Made by a program: the position numbers and the translations under genes. Below, in pieces: positions 14,661-23,393 of a stretch of 38,296 bases of DNA. The notes under the pieces were generated by a model. That model did no database searches. It saw nothing but the letters and a program-made list of their open reading frames with translations, and was not told the DNA's origin. Each line of letters starts with the position of its first letter. The first letter of the stretch is position 1. The stretch is from a virus: the IMG/VR virus record IMGVR_UViG_3300030397_000597, positions 1-38,296 of that record. The stretch is one strand, 5' to 3'.

Positions 14661-14950
14661 AAAAAATAGAAAGAGCTGAAACAGACCTTAAAGAGAAGAT
14701 AGACAGTTTACTGGATTCCAAAGTCTACGGCGACCCGGATTCTTTTAAGCTTATCTACAAAGTCACGAGCGAAACCGGTAAATTTGCACAGTCTATTCAG
14801 GCTATGGAGATTGAAGACCTCGGTTGTCTGGTAGTTACTAGAACAATGGAAGCCGGGATAGTAACCGAATCATCCACCTTTGTTCCGGAAGTTATCATAG
14901 AGGACATCGGTAAAGGGGCAAAAGGAGGCAGGAAGCTGGCGAGGTTCTAA
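14657..14950 (+). CDS. Small protein, paralog B of a duplicated pair
   Basis: 'GDPDSFKLIYKVTSETGKFAQSIQAMEIEDLGCLVVTRT...TFVPEVIIEDI' aligns with 14212..14499. Confidence 0.65.
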   Translation: MKKIERAETDLKEKIDSLLDSKVYGDPDSFKLIYKVTSETGKFAQSIQAMEIEDLGCLVVTRTMEAGIVTESSTFVPEVIIEDIGKGAKGGRKLARF

Positions 14951-15162
14951 TGAAAATCCTTAAACCATGCGCTTGCGGTGAAATACCTGAAGAATTATGT
15001 ATCTATGCAGTAAGTGGAGAATGTGCCAAGTGGGCTTTTGTCCACGGATCTTGTTGCGGGGAATGGAATATAGAGTTCAGAACTGGTTATAGCGAAACAG
15101 ATAGTGAAGAATGCAGAGACAGGGCTTTGCATGCGTGGAATTATGCACCTAGGAAATATTAA
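14950..15162 (+). CDS. Lar-family-like zinc-ribbon protein (restriction alleviation family signature)
   Basis: 70 aa. 'LKPCACGE', a second Cys pair 'SCCGEW' and the C-terminal 'RALHAWNYAP' resemble the Lar_restr_allev pattern (LKPCPFCG ... C..CG ... AIeAWNrR). Confidence 0.45.
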   Translation: MKILKPCACGEIPEELCIYAVSGECAKWAFVHGSCCGEWNIEFRTGYSETDSEECRDRALHAWNYAPRKY

Positions 15163-16451
15163 TGGCAGGAATACAGGTAAATGGATCGTTTATCCTTGGA
15201 GAATTACTTAAAAATACGAAACCATTGGTAGTTCTCGAAGGGTCCAGCAGATCAACAAAGACATATTCGTGGGAATTGTTCTGCATACTGCATATTATCT
15301 CCCGGTGGAATGAGAAGATAGTAATACGCGCTTTCAGAGCGATAAAAACGGACTGTAAAGACACAATAGCTAAAGATTTTCAGGACATAATGCAGGATTA
15401 TTTTCCACATTTATGGGATGAAAAGCGATGGAATAAAACAGAAAACAGGTATAAGTTTCTTAACGGTTCAGAATTCCACTGTACAGGATGTGACGATGCA
15501 AAACGACTTAAAGGTTACAAGCAGCATGTTGCCATACTCAATGAGGTTATGGAAATCTCCAGAGCAGCGTATGACCAGATCGACATTAGAACCACCGAAT
15601 TGGTCATCATGGACTTCAATCCGTCTATCACACAACACTGGGTTTTCAAATCCATACTCAGTCAGCCACCTACAGAATACCTATACCTTCATTCGACTTA
15701 CAAAGACAACGAGCACTTAAGTGATGAACAAGTCAAGAAAATTGAAAAACTGGAGCCCAACCCGGTTAACGACGCCGCCGGAACATCGGATTACTGGACC
15801 TGGCAGGTTTTCGGATTGGGTCGGAGATGTCGACGGGAAGGTGCAGTCTATACCCGTTGGGATACAACAGATGACTGGCCTGACCCTATCACATGTCAGC
15901 GTCATGGATACGCGATCGACTTCGGATTTACTATCGATCCGACAGCCGTTATCGAGTGCGCTATATTCCAGGACTTCTTATATGTTAGAGAAATAGCTTA
16001 CAAGAAAGGATTGTTAACGGTACGGGCTGTAGATGACCCGACAATACCATGCATACAAAACGAATTAGAAATAAATGAAGTGCCTAAAATCTCAAAAATC
16101 TATTACGACAAAGCCAGACCCGATCAAGGAGCCGCGTTGCGGGCTTGCGGGTATAATACTATTAAGTCGCTTGGCGGCAAAGTGGAAGATGGAGTTGATA
16201 AGGTTAAGCGTTTCCATATCCGAGTTCATATTTCGTCTCAGAACATACAGACTGAATTGGAAAACTACATCTACCCGAAAGACGAAAAAACTATGGAATT
16301 CAAAACAAAACCCATAGATAAATGGAATCACGCAATGGATGCCATAAGGTACTTTGTTGAAAAAGAAACAATACCTGATATAGTACCAAGTGAGGATGTA
16401 CTTGCTAAACGTAAAAAATTAACCGAGATCGTTTACACTAATGGCTATTGA
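15162..16451 (+). CDS. terL: Terminase large subunit
   Basis: 429 aa. Walker A-like 'GSSRSTKT' and Walker B 'VAILNEVME'. C-terminal RNaseH-like nuclease motifs 'YAIDFGFTIDPTA' and 'KWNHAMDAIRY'. Sits immediately upstream of the portal gene. Confidence 0.85.
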   Translation: MAGIQVNGSFILGELLKNTKPLVVLEGSSRSTKTYSWELFCILHIISRWNEKIVIRAFRAIKTDCKDTIAKDFQDIMQDYFPHLWDEKRWNKTENRYKFLNGSEFHCTGCDDAKRLKGYKQHVAILNEVMEISRAAYDQIDIRTTELVIMDFNPSITQHWVFKSILSQPPTEYLYLHSTYKDNEHLSDEQVKKIEKLEPNPVNDAAGTSDYWTWQVFGLGRRCRREGAVYTRWDTTDDWPDPITCQRHGYAIDFGFTIDPTAVIECAIFQDFLYVREIAYKKGLLTVRAVDDPTIPCIQNELEINEVPKISKIYYDKARPDQGAALRACGYNTIKSLGGKVEDGVDKVKRFHIRVHISSQNIQTELENYIYPKDEKTMEFKTKPIDKWNHAMDAIRYFVEKETIPDIVPSEDVLAKRKKLTEIVYTNGY

Positions 16452-18561
16452 AGTATCAGAAATTTTAGAACGTTACAATGACTCTTATTCGTTTTACAGC
16501 GAAGAAAGAGACGAATGTGTTGATGACATACGGCTTGCTTATATTGGGGATACGCCGGAGTCATCTAACGGCGTTTTCAGACTTCCTACTGAGAATGCAG
16601 GGCCTAAGTACCGAATAAACAAACTCATTCACCCACTTAATCAGGTTAACGGCAGATTCAATCAGAACAAGATCTCCGGGAAAATTATACCGACTACAGA
16701 CTCCGGTAAGAAAGAGATAGCTGAGAGTATGACCGGGTTAATGCGTAACATAGAGAAAGTCAGTAAAGCAGACCAGATCTATTCCGACTCTTTTCTTCAT
16801 ATAGCTTCGGGGGGATTTTCAGCCTGGTCTATGCAGAATGTATTCTCCGACGACGACACTTTCGAGCAGGATTTAAGGATTGTTTCGATACCTGACCCTT
16901 TTTATTCTGTATGGGGAGACCCTTCATCCAGACGATTTGACACCAAGGATTGGGAGTACGGGCTGGTAACGCGCGACATAAGCAAACGAGCCTTTCGTAA
17001 AAAGTACCCTGACGCAGCGTTTTCCGACTTTCCTCAGAGTTTTACGAATCATGGCTCTCGGAGAATGGCCTGGGCTACCGATGCAACGGTCAGAATTGCA
17101 GAGTATTGGGAAGTTGAGTTTAAGAAAAGAAAAATTTTCCTGATGTCAAACGGAGAAGTTTATAAAGAAGATAAACTCAAACTTGTTCGGGATGAATTAG
17201 CAGCAGAAGGCATAACAGTAGTAAAAGAGAGAAAAATTGAAGATAAGATTGTCAAATCTTACATTTCATCCGGTCTTGAAATTCTTGAAGGGCCTTTTAT
17301 ATGGCCGGGAAGCTGGATACCGATTATTCCTGTCTACGGCTATAAGTTTTTTCTCGATAATGAGTTCCACTACCATGGTAAAGTAAGATTTGCACGGGAT
17401 TCACAAAGGCTTTATGAATACATAACATCGTCATTAGTCGAGACCATTGTTCAAGTTCCACGTGATCCTTATTGGGTCAGTGAGGTTCAAGCTGAAGGTT
17501 TCGAGGATCAATACAGTACTTTTAATACTAAGAAGCCGCCTTTTATGTATTATAAAAATGATCCTGAGAATCCCGGACCCCCATCGAGAACAGGCGCACC
17601 GGCGGTTCAGTCAGCTTTAATTCAGCAGTTACAACAGGCAGACTTTGACATTCAGGCGACAATGGGCGAGTTCAGAGCTTCTTTAGGGATACCTGAAGGG
17701 GATCAAAGCGGAACGGCGATAAACCAGCTTCAACAGCAATCAGATGCGGGTTCGTTCGACCTTGTTAATTCTATGGCGAACGCTATTGAGTTTACGTGGG
17801 AAACAGGGCTTGATGTAATAGCGAAGATTTATGACAGCCAAAGACAGGTACGGATTCTGGATTCGGAAGACAAAGAAGAAGTCATTGAGATAAACAAAAC
17901 TGTTATTGATACTCAAACTGGAGAAGCAGTAATATTGAACGATCTTTCAGTAGGTAAGTACGACGTAACAATAACTGTCGGTCCGGCGAGTAAAACGCAA
18001 AGACAGGAACACTTCCAGCTTATTCGAAGCATTATCGAGTTTGATCCGGCATTAGCTGCTATTTCTTCGGATGTCTGGCTCGAATTGATCGACTCACCGA
18101 AAGTAGACAAACTTGTTAAGCGTTGGAGAAAAATCAAAATAGCCGAAGGGGTGATAGAACCCAACGACGAAGAAAAAGAAGAAATAGCCAAAGAACAAGC
18201 TAATACGCCCCCTGACCCGAACGCAGAGATCCAGCAGCAAACCTTGATGGAACAACTTAGAGGACTTGCCCTGTCTAATGAGAAAGCGGCGGCTGAAATC
18301 CAGGAGTCTGTTAAGAAAGCAGAGAAAACTCAGGCTGAGGTCGGTAAAATACTGGCCGAGACTTTAGAAACATACAGCGAAACCGGTGCATCGATAAGGC
18401 CGGAAGATCTATTGCTGAGATCGCAGCAGAATGAAAACATGTTACAACAGCAAAACTCTCAGGATGCCGGGATACAAGATCCGGCAGCCTCGCCGAACAG
18501 TGTCGAGCCTCCCCCGGTAGACCCGGCACAAATTGTTCAAGAACCACCACCGGCGATATAA
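16441..18561 (+). CDS. Portal protein, P22 gp1-like
   Basis: 706 aa. 'VRIAEYWEV', 'WIPIIPVYGY', 'GKVRFARDSQRLYEY' and 'EVQAEGFEDQY' parallel P22 gp1 'IQIAEFYEV', 'HIPIVPVFGE', 'GVVRLTKDGQRLRN' and 'EQIAGFEHMY'. Long helical, Pro-rich C-terminus. Confidence 0.85.
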   Translation: MAIEVSEILERYNDSYSFYSEERDECVDDIRLAYIGDTPESSNGVFRLPTENAGPKYRINKLIHPLNQVNGRFNQNKISGKIIPTTDSGKKEIAESMTGLMRNIEKVSKADQIYSDSFLHIASGGFSAWSMQNVFSDDDTFEQDLRIVSIPDPFYSVWGDPSSRRFDTKDWEYGLVTRDISKRAFRKKYPDAAFSDFPQSFTNHGSRRMAWATDATVRIAEYWEVEFKKRKIFLMSNGEVYKEDKLKLVRDELAAEGITVVKERKIEDKIVKSYISSGLEILEGPFIWPGSWIPIIPVYGYKFFLDNEFHYHGKVRFARDSQRLYEYITSSLVETIVQVPRDPYWVSEVQAEGFEDQYSTFNTKKPPFMYYKNDPENPGPPSRTGAPAVQSALIQQLQQADFDIQATMGEFRASLGIPEGDQSGTAINQLQQQSDAGSFDLVNSMANAIEFTWETGLDVIAKIYDSQRQVRILDSEDKEEVIEINKTVIDTQTGEAVILNDLSVGKYDVTITVGPASKTQRQEHFQLIRSIIEFDPALAAISSDVWLELIDSPKVDKLVKRWRKIKIAEGVIEPNDEEKEEIAKEQANTPPDPNAEIQQQTLMEQLRGLALSNEKAAAEIQESVKKAEKTQAEVGKILAETLETYSETGASIRPEDLLLRSQQNENMLQQQNSQDAGIQDPAASPNSVEPPPVDPAQIVQEPPPAI

Positions 18562-18574
18562 GAAAGGTAGTAAA

Positions 18575-19423
18575 ATGCCAGATGAAGTAACACCCTCAGA
18601 AATGAGCGACGACACAGTGGGCGCATTAGGGGTCCCCCCAACCCAGCAGTTAGCAGATCCACAAGTAGACCCGGAGGAAACCAAACAACCGGCGGAACAG
18701 ATCAAGGTTCCTAAAGAGCGTTTGGACAAAGTCATCGGTAAGTATGTAAGTGCTGATGAAGCTCGTAAAAAAGCAGAACAGGAACGGGACGAATGGAAGC
18801 GTAAAGCAACCAGTTTTATACCGCCTGAAGACCAAAAACAGCCTCCGAAAATTGAAGATTTTGAAGACCAGACGGATTACCTTGTTGCTAAAGCAAGGTT
18901 TGAAGCAGAACAAGTCTACGAGCACAAGTTTTCAGATTTTCAGAAACAACAGGAACAGAAACGGCTTGAACAACAAGATCAAAAACAAGCAGAGATTGCT
19001 CAGCAGCGTTTTGACGGCTTTTCTTCAAGGCTTAATCAATACGCTGAGAAAAATCCTGACTTGGTACAAGCAGTAAATGCTAACCCGGAATTAAAGTTTT
19101 CTCCGGCTTTAAGCACTATTGTCACTTCTTTGGAAGGTCAAGATTCTGCGGGTAATGATATCGGTTCAAAAGTGTACCATCACTTGTTTCAAAATCCTGA
19201 TTTAGCGAAAACACTTTCCGAACTCGATCCTGTATCGGCAGGTATTGAGATAGGGAAAATTTCCGCCGGGTTGAAAAACGGAGTTGCTAAGAATATAAGC
19301 AACGCTCCAACACCGAGAACACCAATAACTTCCGGTGGCGGGGCATCAACAGAAGTTGATTTTTCTAAACTCGAAGGTGACGCTTTTCAAGAAGCATATG
19401 ATAAAGCGACCTTAGGAAGGTAA
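18575..19423 (+). CDS. Scaffolding protein
   Basis: 282 aa from ATG 18575, with SD AAAGG; the track start at 18533 lies inside the portal gene. Charged, Gln/Glu/Lys-rich helical protein located between the portal and coat genes, as P22 gp8 is. Confidence 0.65.
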   Translation: MPDEVTPSEMSDDTVGALGVPPTQQLADPQVDPEETKQPAEQIKVPKERLDKVIGKYVSADEARKKAEQERDEWKRKATSFIPPEDQKQPPKIEDFEDQTDYLVAKARFEAEQVYEHKFSDFQKQQEQKRLEQQDQKQAEIAQQRFDGFSSRLNQYAEKNPDLVQAVNANPELKFSPALSTIVTSLEGQDSAGNDIGSKVYHHLFQNPDLAKTLSELDPVSAGIEIGKISAGLKNGVAKNISNAPTPRTPITSGGGASTEVDFSKLEGDAFQEAYDKATLGR

Positions 19424-19426
19424 ATT

Positions 19427-20680
19427 ATGGCCAATAGTTATAGAAATATACGGATGATTCTTAATGCGGTTATTGCCGAAATTAAGAATCAGTCCGTCAT
19501 GATTCCAAATGTCGACAGGCAGTTGGACAAAGAAGGCGAATTTCGCCGGAAGGGCGACACGATCTACGTGCGTCGTCCCAATAAATACGAAGCGCAGGAC
19601 GGTCCGGATATGACCGGTAAAATTACCGAGATTCAGGAAGCTGAAGCCCCGGTTACCCTTGATGTTCATAAGTCCATCGCTTTCAATCTGACTCAGAAAG
19701 AGCTTGCTCTTAATATTACCGATCCGGCTTTGCGTGAGCAGCACATTATGCCTGCTGCAAACAGTCTCACTCAAGCAATCGAGTCTGAGATTGCTCGGAA
19801 GTATTATCAGGTTGCCAACTTCTTCGGTACTCCCGGAACAACTCCTGGGTCAACGCCCGGTGTTCGTGGTTCCCGTGAGGTCGGTGAAGCGATGATCAAG
19901 ATGAAGAACGAGTCCGTAGAAATGATGGATATCAACGGGTTCTACGATCCGAACGCAACTCTTTTCATCGGCGATTCGCTGACAACGGTCTTCAATGAAG
20001 CCATTGTTAAGCGCGGCGTTGAGAAAGCAGCGTTCTTGCGTGCAGCTAACGTAACCGGTCTGGAAAGCAACTCGATTGCTAACCACACAGTTGGTAACTA
20101 CACCGGCAGTACTCCGCTGGTTAACGGTGCGGCTCAGGATGTAACGTATGAGTCTTCCAAGGATACGATCAGCCAAACAATTATAACTGACGGCTGGACG
20201 GCTTCGATCACCGGAGTTCTTAATCGAGGTGACGTAATCCAGTTTGACGGAGTTAACGCTCTGCAAGCCCGGACTTACGAAGATCTCGGACGTTTACGGG
20301 ACTTCACAGTTCTTGACGTAGTCGACTCCGATGGTGCAGGTAACGCAACGATTACGATCAGCCCGGCCATTGTTACGACCGGAGACTACCGTAACGTTTC
20401 CGCAGCACCTGCCGACAACGCGCCGATAACGGTTGTGTCGGGTGCGCCTAACAGCGTACACCCTCAGAACATGATCTGGCAGCGTCGGGCATGTACTCTG
20501 GCTACGGCTAGACTGCAAGCTCCGGATGCAACGGTATCAAATTCCGTTACGATGGATGGCATAACCCTGACTTTTGCGGGCGGAGGGGATATACTCAAGT
20601 ATGAAACCGTTCGACGTCTCGACATATTGTTCGGGGTGAAGTTCCAGCTACCGGAGTGGGCAGTACGCCATACCGGTTAA
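19427..20680 (+). CDS. Major capsid protein, P22 coat (gp5)-like
   Basis: 417 aa, in the position after the scaffold gene. 'RGDVIQFDGVNAL', 'ATITISPAIV' and 'IWQRRACTLATARL' parallel P22 gp5 'RGDKISFAGVKFL', 'HVEITPKPV' and 'VFWADDAIRIVSQPI'. Followed by a strong hairpin. Confidence 0.8.
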   Translation: MANSYRNIRMILNAVIAEIKNQSVMIPNVDRQLDKEGEFRRKGDTIYVRRPNKYEAQDGPDMTGKITEIQEAEAPVTLDVHKSIAFNLTQKELALNITDPALREQHIMPAANSLTQAIESEIARKYYQVANFFGTPGTTPGSTPGVRGSREVGEAMIKMKNESVEMMDINGFYDPNATLFIGDSLTTVFNEAIVKRGVEKAAFLRAANVTGLESNSIANHTVGNYTGSTPLVNGAAQDVTYESSKDTISQTIITDGWTASITGVLNRGDVIQFDGVNALQARTYEDLGRLRDFTVLDVVDSDGAGNATITISPAIVTTGDYRNVSAAPADNAPITVVSGAPNSVHPQNMIWQRRACTLATARLQAPDATVSNSVTMDGITLTFAGGGDILKYETVRRLDILFGVKFQLPEWAVRHTG

Positions 20681-20688
20681 CATAACTT

Positions 20689-20760
20689 AAAGCGGCGGTA
20701 AGAAAGATGCAGAACTTTCTTTTTACTGTTAAGGGATTTCCGGACGCCGCTTTATTTTTC
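20689..20760 (+). terminator. Compound hairpin plus T-tract after the coat gene (terminator/attenuator)
   Basis: The outer 9-bp stem AAAGCGGCG (20689-20697) / CGCCGCTTT (20745-20753) encloses an inner AAGAAAG/CTTTCTT hairpin and is followed by TTTATTTTT. Confidence 0.45.
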
Positions 20761-20775
20761 TAAAAAGGATGAAAA

Positions 20776-20958
20776 ATGGCTAAACAAGAATTTCCAAAAT
20801 GTGTATTTTTTGCTGATGGTACCAAGCAGATTTTTTACACTGCTGAAGATTTATGCAAATGTAAAAGTGAATGGTTTGAAACTCCGGATTGCAAACCTAA
20901 AGATAAACCAAAACCAAAACGTAAAATTAAAGTCAAAGAACCTGAGAGTATAGTCTAA
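20776..20958 (+). CDS. Small Cys-containing, Lys/Pro-rich protein (60 aa)
   Basis: AAAGGA SD. 'C..C.C......C' followed by the tail 'KPKDKPKPKRKIKVK'. No domain recognised. Confidence 0.5.
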   Translation: MAKQEFPKCVFFADGTKQIFYTAEDLCKCKSEWFETPDCKPKDKPKPKRKIKVKEPESIV

Positions 20959-21482
20959 TGGCTGCTACCACTAAACGGATAATAGACAGAGCAATGTTCA
21001 AGATCGGTGTCAAGAAAGCCAACATTGATCTGCAACCGGACCAATATGAAGACGCCATATTCGAAATGAATGCTATGATGACGGCTTTTTCTTCGTCGGG
21101 TATTCGTTTAGGTTATTCAGTTAAATCTGATATAGAGGATCCTATGACAGTCCCCGATTGGTCTTACGGGTTCGTTGTTACACAACTGGCCATACGTATG
21201 GCTTCAGAGTACAAGAAAGAAATTTCGGTTTCTTTAGCTGAAGAAGCTTCTATGTACATGAAAAGTGTACGGAATCGGATACGTAATCGGGATTTAGTAG
21301 TTGCATTACCCCCGGATTTACCGATCGGTCAGGGGTATGGACGAACTCGATACAGGAAATTTTTCGGGGATACTACTTGCGATGAAGTAAGAGATCAGAC
21401 AGATCTATGGCTTGATGACGATGGCTGCCCTGTCTTAGATGACGAAACAAGTAAACGTAGATGTAATAGAGGAATTATATAA
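20958..21482 (+). CDS. Head-completion / tail accessory factor, P22 gp4-like
   Basis: 174 aa. 'IIDRAMFKIGVKKANIDLQPDQYEDAIFEMNAMMTAF' parallels P22 gp4 '[39 protein letters not shown]'. Confidence 0.65.
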   Translation: MAATTKRIIDRAMFKIGVKKANIDLQPDQYEDAIFEMNAMMTAFSSSGIRLGYSVKSDIEDPMTVPDWSYGFVVTQLAIRMASEYKKEISVSLAEEASMYMKSVRNRIRNRDLVVALPPDLPIGQGYGRTRYRKFFGDTTCDEVRDQTDLWLDDDGCPVLDDETSKRRCNRGII

Positions 21483-21946
21483 TGGGACGATCAATATATT
21501 GGGATTACAGGGATACGTTCGAAGATGTCTACGTAATATCCAACCGACAAAATTCAAAAATAACAAAAACAAAATTTGCCGAAGACTTAGACCCGTCACT
21601 CGTCGCATTAGGGTTTGTTAAAAATACAAACATCTTTGCTCAACGAAAAGTTAAAAATATCGTAGCTAACTACAACATGGAGTCCGGCGACGATGTGCTT
21701 TTAGTGAACTGCGATTCGGCAAGCATCACCATTGCTCTGCTGGCCTCAGTTGCATGGTGGAATCCGACTTTAGATCTCACCAAGCTGGTAACGATCAAAA
21801 GAATAGATAGTAATGCAGCCAATACCTGCACAATTGTTCCTTTTGGTGGGGAAACCATAGACGGCGACCCTTCTCTTGTTTTAAGTGGCGGAAGTCTTCC
21901 TACAGTTACAATGATTACTGACGGATCTAACATTTTCACGGTTTAA
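21482..21946 (+). CDS. Hypothetical virion/tail-associated protein whose C-terminal module resembles the tailspike C-terminus
   Basis: 154 aa between the gp4-like and gp10-like genes. 'VTIKRIDSNAANTCTIVPFGGETIDGDPSLVL...DGSNIFTV' resembles the spike's 'HRVTRTAGTTNAINVSGGAGRLINGSSPYVM...GTNEWILI'. Confidence 0.4.
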   Translation: MGRSIYWDYRDTFEDVYVISNRQNSKITKTKFAEDLDPSLVALGFVKNTNIFAQRKVKNIVANYNMESGDDVLLVNCDSASITIALLASVAWWNPTLDLTKLVTIKRIDSNAANTCTIVPFGGETIDGDPSLVLSGGSLPTVTMITDGSNIFTV

Positions 21947-21947
21947 G

Positions 21948-23393
21948 ATGCCTGAACAGATACTTAATCTTGCAGGAGGGTACTATAAATCAGGTTCCAG
22001 ATTTTTACTTAATCGGGAATCAGTTAACTTTATCCCTCATATAATCGAAAGCCCCGGCGGCACGTCACCGAGCGCTTTGGTAACCGAAGGGGTTGAGTTA
22101 TGGGTTGACTCGGGCGGCGGAGCAGGACGCGGCAGGATAACGTTCCAGGACGAAGAGCATTTTGTTCAAGGGACAGAATTCAAAAAGATATCAGCTAACG
22201 GTACGGTGACGGATCTCGGTACTATAACAGGAATTTCTAAATGTATGTTGGCCGAAAATGGAAATACTGTTACTATTATTGATCCTACTGGCACCGGTTA
22301 CTTTTATGGTACTGACATCGGGCTTCTTGAAATTACTGAAGCGAATTTTCCAGGCAACGGTGGTATTTTTCAAGGATTCGGGCAAGTCACAGGAGTAGTA
22401 GAAAAAGATGGATATTTTGTTTATACCACTGACGATTTATTTTTTATCTCTTCTCCTTCTGATGTCAATTTCGGGCGTAATTTTAACGCTGCTGATTCCA
22501 GTACTGCAGAAATATCAACGGATAAAATTGTCCGTCCTTTCGTTGTTCATAATGAGTTATATCTTGCTGGTACTAGAACTATCGAAGTTTATTCCTTGAT
22601 TGATACATCTGATTTCCCTTTCCAGAGAATAAACGGGGCGCATGTTGAATTAGGTTTACTTAGCCGGTATGGGGTTGTTAATATGGATAACTCCTATTTC
22701 TATCTTGCAGGTAATGAGTTTGAATCCCCGGCTATACGTCGCGGTATCTCCGGAGCCAGCCAGAAAATAAGCTCGGCAGCGATTGATACTCTCTTGAACA
22801 AGTATACACAGGCGGAATTGCAAACTGTTCAATCATGGACTTATTCATACAACGGTTCTTTTTTCGCAGGATGGAACTTGCCGGATACGACCATTGTTTA
22901 TGATGCTAACGCAAGTGCTTTTGGACAAAGACCGGTCTGGCATGAGCGGAGAACATCCGGAAGTAAATGGAGATTCAATGAGACTTTTTCCGGTTATGGC
23001 ATGATCCTTGTTCAGGATTCTACTTCGGGTTTAATAGGCCAGATATCTAAAGACGTTTTTACCGAGTTAGGGGATACGGTAACGAGATTTTTTACTACTC
23101 AATATATAGATAATTCAGGTAAGCAATTTTCAAATACTCATTTGGAGCTTTTCTATGAGCACAATACCAGCACTGAATATTTACCGCAAGCTTCGGTCCT
23201 TCTTGAAATTTCTGATGATGGCGGGGAGACTTTTCAAAGTTGCGGTTCTCGTTCTTTGGGTACTCCTCTCGACAAGAACAACCGGCTTATATGGGACCGA
23301 CTAGGTAATATTGAGAATTCAAGAATGTACCGTTTTACTATATCTGAACCGATAAAAGTAACATTTTCCAAAATAAAAGTAGACATATCCTGA
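21948..23393 (+). CDS. Tail hub / packaged-DNA stabilisation protein, P22 gp10-like
   Basis: 481 aa, against 472 aa for P22 gp10. 'RTIEVYSLID' parallels 'STIEYFSLTG'. C-terminal 'RMYRFTISEPIKVTFSKIKVDI' parallels 'IGFKLRVITKSPVTLSGCQIRLE'. Gene order is the same as in P22. Confidence 0.6.
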   Translation: MPEQILNLAGGYYKSGSRFLLNRESVNFIPHIIESPGGTSPSALVTEGVELWVDSGGGAGRGRITFQDEEHFVQGTEFKKISANGTVTDLGTITGISKCMLAENGNTVTIIDPTGTGYFYGTDIGLLEITEANFPGNGGIFQGFGQVTGVVEKDGYFVYTTDDLFFISSPSDVNFGRNFNAADSSTAEISTDKIVRPFVVHNELYLAGTRTIEVYSLIDTSDFPFQRINGAHVELGLLSRYGVVNMDNSYFYLAGNEFESPAIRRGISGASQKISSAAIDTLLNKYTQAELQTVQSWTYSYNGSFFAGWNLPDTTIVYDANASAFGQRPVWHERRTSGSKWRFNETFSGYGMILVQDSTSGLIGQISKDVFTELGDTVTRFFTTQYIDNSGKQFSNTHLELFYEHNTSTEYLPQASVLLEISDDGGETFQSCGSRSLGTPLDKNNRLIWDRLGNIENSRMYRFTISEPIKVTFSKIKVDIS

